A DNA stretch of 20,000 bases from an uncultured virus (IMG/VR IMGVR_UViG_3300044971_002243). Its lineage: Duplodnaviria > Heunggongvirae > Uroviricota > Caudoviricetes. Below are positions 1-5,548 of the stretch, piece by piece. Each line of letters begins with the position of its first letter. Position 1 is the first letter of the stretch. The stretch is from IMG/VR virus record IMGVR_UViG_3300044971_002243; one strand, written 5' to 3'. A program made the position numbers and the translations under genes. The notes under the pieces were generated by a model, which saw only the letters and a list, made by a program, of their open reading frames with translations, ran no database searches and had not been told where the DNA came from.

Positions 1-2
1 AA

Positions 3-329
3 GGTCATTGGGAAGGCGGCAAAGAAAAGTCTATATTGGTACATGCTAAAGGAAAAGGAGATGAACACGGCAAACAGTTGCTCCACGATATTAAAAAACA
101 TGGAGAACATTATAATCAAGACTCAATCTTACATCATGATGGAAAAACAGCGACCCTACATGGAACAAACAAAACAGGTTTCCCAGGACACGGTAAGACA
201 GAGACAGTAGGTAAAATGGCGTATAATAAAGCACATGCGCCATTTCAAACAGAAATGAAACCGAAGTCAGATAAACCGTTGAAACCTGGAAGAACAGCGA
301 AAAGTTCTGCAAGATTCACAACGGAGTAA
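3..329 (+). CDS. 5'-truncated phage protein, possibly SAM lyase (T3 SAMase)/DUF3293-like
   Basis: Frame is open from the window start (GHWEGGKEKSILVH...GEHYNQDSILHH). The G-x-W-E...E-x-S and Q-D-S-I-L motifs resemble phage SAM lyase-like proteins. Recalled motif only. Confidence 0.45.
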   Translation, partial: GHWEGGKEKSILVHAKGKGDEHGKQLLHDIKKHGEHYNQDSILHHDGKTATLHGTNKTGFPGHGKTETVGKMAYNKAHAPFQTEMKPKSDKPLKPGRTAKSSARFTTE

Positions 330-331
330 TT

Positions 332-502
332 ATGGAAATTAGTGAAAAAGAATACGATGAAAAATTGGATGAATATCTGAGAGAACAAGGACCAAATCTA
401 GGTGAAACATTTTTTGGCGCATGGGGTTGGTATGCAACAAAACGAAATGAGTTTAATGCGATATTGAAAGAGGAAGGAATTGTTGTAATCCCTTCAAAGT
501 GA
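332..502 (+). CDS. Small hypothetical protein, 56 aa (MEISEKEYDEKLDEYL...GIVVIPSK), not in the ORF track
   Basis: ATG at 332 with GGAG at 323-326, directly after the TAA of the previous gene; TGA at 500-502. Confidence 0.7.
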   Translation: MEISEKEYDEKLDEYLREQGPNLGETFFGAWGWYATKRNEFNAILKEEGIVVIPSK

Positions 503-770
503 AGGCATTCTGGACGAGGGTTCGATTCCCTCCATCTCCACCAGAAACATTCTTGTCCATGGAGTTGGGAACGGACAGATAAACCGTGAGAGTGTTTCTC
601 ATGGGGATGACCTGGTTTCGACAGGGTGAGATAGCAGAGAAGGCAACACGAAAGGCGACGGACGTAATCCGAGCAAATAATATAACCGCAAATGACGAGT
701 TATACGCTCTAGCAGCCTAAATTGCTAGATGAGGTTTCGCCGACTGTCCTTATTATCCAATCAGTCGGCA
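481..770 (+). ncRNA. ssrA: Circularly permuted (two-piece) tmRNA
   Basis: T-arm GAGGG-TTCGATT-CCCTC (516-532) and CATCTCC-A-CCA (533-543) lie upstream of GGGGATG (603-609). These pair as a 7-bp acceptor stem with the alanine G3.U70 wobble (G605.T537). CAGGGTG (622-628) pairs with CATTCTG (506-512). Tag frame 688-720 reads ANDELYALAA-stop, with the stop codon in a hairpin loop (TCTAGCA/TGCTAGA). Pseudoknot at 730-769. Outer ends are approximate. Confidence 0.93.
688..720 (+). other. tmRNA proteolysis tag reading frame (ANDELYALAA*)
   Basis: GCA AAT GAC GAG TTA TAC GCT CTA GCA GCC TAA, preceded by an A-rich resume context (aaataatataacc). Confidence 0.92.
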
Positions 771-839
771 TCAATTATGGGTTTGGTGGCATCACCCGAA
801 CAAGAGTTCAAAAAACCACCACTTACACGGAGTTATATT

Positions 840-1562
840 ATGAAAATTTATTTGTCTAAGTCACGATATCATTGGATATCTCCATATACGATGCTAGACT
901 ATTTGTTCTTTTGGACAAAATGGTCAAAGTGTAGCCGAGACAAAAAAGCATACAAATATCCCGAATCAGATGATTGGGTTGATCCGCCAGCTTGGGTTGA
1001 AAAATGGGCAGACCGCCTAACTCCTGTTTCTATCACACTTCAAAAAATTCTTGATAAAATTCATCCTGAAATTAAGTATGTGAAGATTGACTACTGGGAT
1101 GTGTGGAGTATGGATCACACTCTTTCACCAATCATTCTTCCAATGTTGAAGAAACTCAAAGAAGTAAAACATGGTTCTGGCTTCGTTGACATGGAAGATG
1201 TACCAGAACATCTAAGATGTACGACAACTGAAGATTGGGACAGTCAACGCACATTTGATTTTTATAATGAAGATGTTCCAAAAGAAGGTGTTGCAGATAT
1301 TCATGCACGATGGAATTGGGTGCTTGATGAAATGATTTTTGCGTTTGAACATCTTGTTGATGATTCGTGGGAAGAAAAGTTTAGTTCTGGTGAAATAGAT
1401 TGGAAGTTTGTTCCTTGTGAAGACAATTCAAAACTCAGTCGTATTGAACACGGCCCTAATCACACATATGTTTGCGACTATGACGGATTACGCAGAGAAT
1501 ATGATCGTATAGATAATGGTCTTCGTTTGTTTGGTAAATATTATCGTAACTTGTGGGATTAA
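840..1562 (+). CDS. Hypothetical phage protein, Trp/Asp-rich, 240 aa
   Basis: ATG at 840 with GGAG at 829-832. The ORF-track start at 729 lies inside the tmRNA. Confidence 0.8.
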   Translation: MKIYLSKSRYHWISPYTMLDYLFFWTKWSKCSRDKKAYKYPESDDWVDPPAWVEKWADRLTPVSITLQKILDKIHPEIKYVKIDYWDVWSMDHTLSPIILPMLKKLKEVKHGSGFVDMEDVPEHLRCTTTEDWDSQRTFDFYNEDVPKEGVADIHARWNWVLDEMIFAFEHLVDDSWEEKFSSGEIDWKFVPCEDNSKLSRIEHGPNHTYVCDYDGLRREYDRIDNGLRLFGKYYRNLWD

Positions 1563-1564
1563 TT

Positions 1565-1738
1565 ATGAATAAATCTTTTTTACTAATTGGTGGTACAGTT
1601 GTTTTGGTTATGCTTTTGATTGTATTTATACCACAACCTAAAGGTACTTACATCAATTGTGGACTGTCCGAAATCTCTCCAGACTTTACGCCAGAGATGC
1701 GGAAAATGTGTCGTGAAGTGAGAGCAACCAAATTATAA
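1565..1738 (+). CDS. Small protein with N-terminal transmembrane segment
   Basis: ATG 2 nt after the upstream stop; hydrophobic FLLIGGTVVLVMLLIVFI segment, then two Cys. Confidence 0.65.
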   Translation: MNKSFLLIGGTVVLVMLLIVFIPQPKGTYINCGLSEISPDFTPEMRKMCREVRATKL

Positions 1739-1742
1739 AATG

Positions 1743-1750
1743 ACTAAATA
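1743..1750 (+). promoter_or_regulatory. Putative T4-like late promoter (ACTAAATA)
   Basis: Resembles the T4 gp55 late consensus TATAAATA; intergenic; the same octamer precedes gp2. Confidence 0.55.
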
Positions 1751-1805
1751 AAAGACTGGCACCACACACACTCGCCAGTAAATACACACAACACAGGAGA
1801 AACAC

Positions 1806-2078
1806 ATGAGTAATCTGACACCGTTTGAGATTCGTCTTGAACTTCTAAAAATGGCGAAAGAATTATTGTTAGAAGAGTACCACTCTAACAAAGATCGTCT
1901 AACCAATGAATGGCACGTAAAGGTAGAGTCCGCCAAGTTAAATGGACAAGCAATACCTGAACATCCAGCCTTTCCAACTTATCCCTCAGAAAGCGACATC
2001 ATTACCAAGGCACAGTCCTTGAATGGATTCGTATCTAACATTACAGCAGAAAAAACACAGAGCAAAAAATCTGCCTGA
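1806..2078 (+). CDS. Hypothetical protein, 90 aa (TPFEIRLELLKMAKE motif)
   Basis: Strong RBS AGGAG at about 1795-1799; well-formed ORF. Confidence 0.8.
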   Translation: MSNLTPFEIRLELLKMAKELLLEEYHSNKDRLTNEWHVKVESAKLNGQAIPEHPAFPTYPSESDIITKAQSLNGFVSNITAEKTQSKKSA

Positions 2079-2085
2079 CGGGACC

Positions 2086-2105
2086 GGGTGTGCTTCGGCA
2101 CACCT
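2086..2105 (+). promoter_or_regulatory. Intergenic C(UUCG)G tetraloop hairpin
   Basis: GGTGTGC-TTCG-GCACACC with no U-tract. UUCG hairpins are typical of T4-like intergenic regions. Confidence 0.7.
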
Positions 2106-2124
2106 CTAACTTATAGGAGAAAGT

Positions 2125-2679
2125 ATGCGTTACATCACACTAACGATTTGTAGTTTATTTGCAGCATTTATTGTTTATACCGGTCATGCAGCAGCACAAG
2201 TTGAAATTCCAATTGCACCGAAAATTCAATTAGATGATTTAACACCTTCCGCCAGACAAGAAGTTGAATGTCTTGCACAGAATATGTACTTTGAAGCTGG
2301 TGGTGAGCCAGAAAAAGGACAGTTAGCAGTTGCATTTGTTACTCACAATAGGGCACAGTCTGGTGCATTTCCAGATTCATATTGTGGCGTGGTAAAACAA
2401 AGAGTTGGTTCAATTTGCCAATTTTCTTGGTATTGTGAAAAAAGAGCAAAGATGATGATTGACCGTGGACTCTTGACAATTGAGAACAACTCTGTATATA
2501 ATAGAATAACTGAAATGGCTTTGAACTTTTATCTTTATACAGAAACGTTCAAAGACCCAACAAAGGGTGCATTATTTTTTCATGCAAACTATGTGAAGCC
2601 GATGTGGAATAACATGAGATATACTGCACAGATAGGTAGACATTTATTTTACAACAAAGTTTCTAGAAAGCCAGCATGA
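2125..2679 (+). CDS. SleB-like cell wall hydrolase (Hydrolase_2 family) with N-terminal signal/TM segment
   Basis: Motifs CLAQNMYFEAGGE..GQLAVAFVTHNR, CQFSWYC, DPTKGALFFH, IGRHLFY; RBS AGGAG. Confidence 0.9.
   Translation: MRYITLTICSLFAAFIVYTGHAAAQVEIPIAPKIQLDDLTPSARQEVECLAQNMYFEAGGEPEKGQLAVAFVTHNRAQSGAFPDSYCGVVKQRVGSICQFSWYCEKRAKMMIDRGLLTIENNSVYNRITEMALNFYLYTETFKDPTKGALFFHANYVKPMWNNMRYTAQIGRHLFYNKVSRKPA
2473..2502 (+). promoter_or_regulatory. Sigma70-type (early) promoter inside the hydrolase gene
   Basis: TTGACA (2473-2478), 18 nt, TATAAT (2497-2502): both hexamers match consensus exactly. Confidence 0.7.
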
Positions 2680-2714
2680 GTATTTTATCAAGTAAAAAAG
2701 AAAAGGAGATTGTT

Positions 2715-2933
2715 ATGGAAAAAGGATTGGGAGCAGTTACCACTTTCAGTGTAACACTGGTACTACTTTCAATTGTCACTGCGATTTGTATTTACGGACT
2801 AAACGAACGTAAACTAATGGCAGCAAATATTGAAAACGCTATTACAAAGGGTGTTGACCCACTATCGGTTCGATGCTCTTACGTTAAGAGTGACGATATT
2901 ATCTGTATTGCATATGCATCAAATAAAAAGTAA
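2715..2933 (+). CDS. Small membrane protein, hypothetical
   Basis: AGGAG at 2704-2708 favours ATG 2715 over 2676; one TM helix and a C-terminal C-x8-C. Confidence 0.7.
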   Translation: MEKGLGAVTTFSVTLVLLSIVTAICIYGLNERKLMAANIENAITKGVDPLSVRCSYVKSDDIICIAYASNKK

Positions 2934-2948
2934 ACAGGAGACTATATA

Positions 2949-3248
2949 ATGCACTTTGAAAATGACAGCCATAATTTTACTTTGAAGTATGATTCGAGTG
3001 ATGGTAAAACAAGTCTTGAAATGAACTTCAGTGAACTCTACGTTGATGATATTTTTAATCAATTCAAGAATTTTTTACAAGGATGTGGATATGAAATTGA
3101 TGGCTACATTGGTGTGATTCCTTGGAGTGTTAATTCATCTCAACACGAACAGCCACAATTTGATTTTTCTAACATACCAGATAATAATTGGCTGTTTGAT
3201 AAAAAAGAATCAGTGCCACAAAATCTATCACAGGCGTCTGAGAAATAA
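2949..3248 (+). CDS. Hypothetical protein (F..FLQGCGY motif)
   Basis: RBS AGGAG upstream; stop overlaps the next start (TAATG). Confidence 0.75.
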   Translation: MHFENDSHNFTLKYDSSDGKTSLEMNFSELYVDDIFNQFKNFLQGCGYEIDGYIGVIPWSVNSSQHEQPQFDFSNIPDNNWLFDKKESVPQNLSQASEK

Positions 3249-3472
3249 TGCCGACTAAAGATGAAATGCTGAAGTTTTCTATGCGAATAGAAGACCTTGT
3301 TGCGGTTACAGACTATACTTACATTGAAGCTATTACAGAGCATTGTAAGAAAACTGGTTTAGAAATAGAAGTCGCAGCCACTCTTATTACACCGAATTTG
3401 AAATCGAAAATTCAAGAACAAGCAGAGCGAACTAATTTGTTGAAAACAAAAAACAGTCGTTTACCTATATGA
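3248..3472 (+). CDS. gp33: Late-transcription coactivator, T4 gp33-like
   Basis: FS..IE......TYIEAI..HC...GLEIE....I...LKSKI..QAE..NLL pattern; conserved 33-59-32 synteny. Confidence 0.85.
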   Translation: MPTKDEMLKFSMRIEDLVAVTDYTYIEAITEHCKKTGLEIEVAATLITPNLKSKIQEQAERTNLLKTKNSRLPI

Positions 3473-4083
3473 TTAATGGTTATGAAGCCTTTTGTTTATA
3501 CACTTCTCTTAAACTCCACTTCAATTCAGATTCTTACGATTACCTTAAGTATAATGGGAAAGTAAATACGAGTATTGATGCGTTTGAGAATCGAAAAGAT
3601 AAATGGCATTTCTACAAACTGAGCAGAAGATTCACTAATGTTGAACAGGGTCGTGACTTTATTGTTGCTAATCTTGTCTATGACCCTAATGTTTGGATTG
3701 GACATTTATTGACAGATGAGTCTGATATTCAGTATCGCAAGCGCCAAAAGGTGATTCAGTCTTTGACGTACACGTTCACAAACGAGATTGCATCATTAAT
3801 GAGACATAAAGACCCTAATGCATCATTAATGATACATGACGGTCAATATCCAGAACTGCTTACACAGTATCTCCAGAATGAAATTTCAATTGAAACGATT
3901 TGTATACTGAACAAAATCATGGGTTTCTTGCGAATGTGGGACAAAAAAATTGTTGATACAATTCGTTATCCAGCAGTAAGTCGAACGATAAAGAAATATA
4001 CACCTTTCATATCTTTTGATGCAATAAAATATAAACTTATACTCAAAAAGGAATACGATGCAAATACGCAAAATATATCTTGA
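3469..4083 (+). CDS. gp59: Helicase loader, T4 gp59-like
   Basis: N-terminal Y..LKLHF....YDY.KYNGK and F..RKDK..F.KL motifs; synteny. Confidence 0.92.
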   Translation: MINGYEAFCLYTSLKLHFNSDSYDYLKYNGKVNTSIDAFENRKDKWHFYKLSRRFTNVEQGRDFIVANLVYDPNVWIGHLLTDESDIQYRKRQKVIQSLTYTFTNEIASLMRHKDPNASLMIHDGQYPELLTQYLQNEISIETICILNKIMGFLRMWDKKIVDTIRYPAVSRTIKKYTPFISFDAIKYKLILKKEYDANTQNIS

Positions 4084-4600
4084 TATGGATGGAGTTCTAT
4101 GTGACTTTCATAAACGTTACAAAGAACTGTTTAGTAAAGAACCAACATATCAAAGACCTAAAGGTGAAACAAGGACACGAGAGTTTGATGAATTTATAGA
4201 AGATAGCCACTTCGAAAGTCTTGATTGGCAGCCAGGTGGTAAAGAATTGTATGAATTCGTTACTTCATTAGAAGTTCCAGTAGAGATTCTTTCATCGTCA
4301 GGCGGTAAAACACGACACGACGAAGTAAAGAAACAGAAGAAAGTTTGGCTAAAACGCAACAGTGTTAATATACCAGCCAATATAGTTCCTGGTCGTGCAT
4401 TTAAAGCCGACTATGCAAAACCCAATTTTATCTTAATTGACGATACACAAGATGTTATTGATGATTTCAATATGGCAGGTGGTATTGGAATTCATCACAC
4501 AGATGCGGCAAAAACGATAGCAATCATTAAATCGCTACTTGACGATAGCTATATAGATGTATATAATGAATCATGTGAACAAGATGCACATACAAACTAA
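4058..4600 (+). CDS. HAD-superfamily phosphatase / 5'(3')-deoxyribonucleotidase-like
   Basis: HAD motif I IYLDMDGVLCDF, motif II ILSS, a conserved Lys (K..WL), motif IV LIDD. Confidence 0.85.
   Translation: MQIRKIYLDMDGVLCDFHKRYKELFSKEPTYQRPKGETRTREFDEFIEDSHFESLDWQPGGKELYEFVTSLEVPVEILSSSGGKTRHDEVKKQKKVWLKRNSVNIPANIVPGRAFKADYAKPNFILIDDTQDVIDDFNMAGGIGIHHTDAAKTIAIIKSLLDDSYIDVYNESCEQDAHTN
4539..4567 (+). promoter_or_regulatory. Sigma70-type promoter for gene 32
   Basis: TTGACG (4539-4544), 17 nt, TATAAT (4562-4567), about 55 nt upstream of the gp32 ATG. Confidence 0.75.
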
Positions 4601-4623
4601 TACAATTTTATACGGAGTAAAAC

Positions 4624-5496
4624 ATGTCTGATTTTTCCAGTCTTAAACGCAATCGCAATTCGTTTGACAAACTTACCAAAGCGATTGAATCAATCAACAC
4701 AGTAACAACAGAAAATTCCAAGGAAGACAACAGATTCTGGCAACCAGAGGTAGACAAAGCTGGTAATGGAATGGCAGTCATTCGATTCCTTCCGGGTCCT
4801 GCTGCTGATGGTGATGAAGCACTTCCTTGGGTACGTGTATTCAATCACGGTTTTCAAGGACCAGGTGGTTGGTATATCGAAAACTCTTTGACTACACTCA
4901 ATCAAAAAGACCCAGTTTCAGAATATAATTCTGTTCTTTGGAATTCTGGTATTGAAGCAAACAAAGAAATTGCACGTAAGCAAAAACGCCGTTTGACTTA
5001 TATTTCAAACGTTCTGATTGTTTCTGACCCAAAGAATCCAGAAAACGAAGGTCAAATCAAACTGTACAAGTTTGGTAAAAAAATCTTTGACAAGATTAGT
5101 GAAGCAATGAATCCTGAGTTTGAAGATGAAACGCCATTGAATCCATTTGACTTGTGGGAAGGTGCTAACTTCAAAATCAAGATTCGTCAAGTTGAAGGCT
5201 ATCGTAATTATGATAAATCTGAGTTTGACAAGCCTTCTGCTTTGTTTGATGGTGATGATGCAAAACTTGAAGAGTTGTGGAAGAAAGAATACTCACTCAA
5301 AGAGTTTCTTGATCCTAAGAACTTCAAGCCTTATGATGTGTTGAAAGCAAAACTTGATAAAGTGTTGGGTCTTGATGGCGCTGCACCAGTGTCTAAAGCT
5401 AAAGCTGTTGATGAGAACTTTACACCAAAGACATCACCAGATTTGGATGAAGATGAAGAACTTGATTATTTCAAGTCACTAGCTTCAGAAGAATAA
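4624..5496 (+). CDS. gp32: Single-stranded DNA-binding protein, T4 gp32-like
   Basis: DKAGNGMAVIRFLP, HGFQGPGGWYIEN, GKKIFDKI, GANFKIKIRQVEGYRNYDKSEF, acidic tail ending YFKSLASEE. Confidence 0.97.
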   Translation: MSDFSSLKRNRNSFDKLTKAIESINTVTTENSKEDNRFWQPEVDKAGNGMAVIRFLPGPAADGDEALPWVRVFNHGFQGPGGWYIENSLTTLNQKDPVSEYNSVLWNSGIEANKEIARKQKRRLTYISNVLIVSDPKNPENEGQIKLYKFGKKIFDKISEAMNPEFEDETPLNPFDLWEGANFKIKIRQVEGYRNYDKSEFDKPSALFDGDDAKLEELWKKEYSLKEFLDPKNFKPYDVLKAKLDKVLGLDGAAPVSKAKAVDENFTPKTSPDLDEDEELDYFKSLASEE

Positions 5497-5521
5497 TCTC
5501 CTTTATCTTTTATTCTTCTGG

Positions 5522-5548
5522 AATCCCCGCTTCGGCGGGGATTTTTTT
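5522..5548 (+). terminator. Rho-independent terminator after gp32, between convergent genes
   Basis: AATCCCCGC-TTCG-GCGGGGATT followed by a T-tract. Confidence 0.9.

Noticed and set aside
506..543. Isolated tRNA/tmRNA 3' fragment acting as an attP integration site
   Set aside because: The matching 5' acceptor strand, P2 partner and tag frame lie just downstream, forming a full permuted tmRNA; no integrase is in the window.
729..839. N-terminal extension of the 277-aa ORF in the track
   Set aside because: It overlaps tmRNA and pseudoknot structure and has no RBS; ATG 840 has GGAG.
2086..2105. Rho-independent terminator
   Set aside because: Strong hairpin but no U-tract; kept only as a stabilising or processing hairpin.
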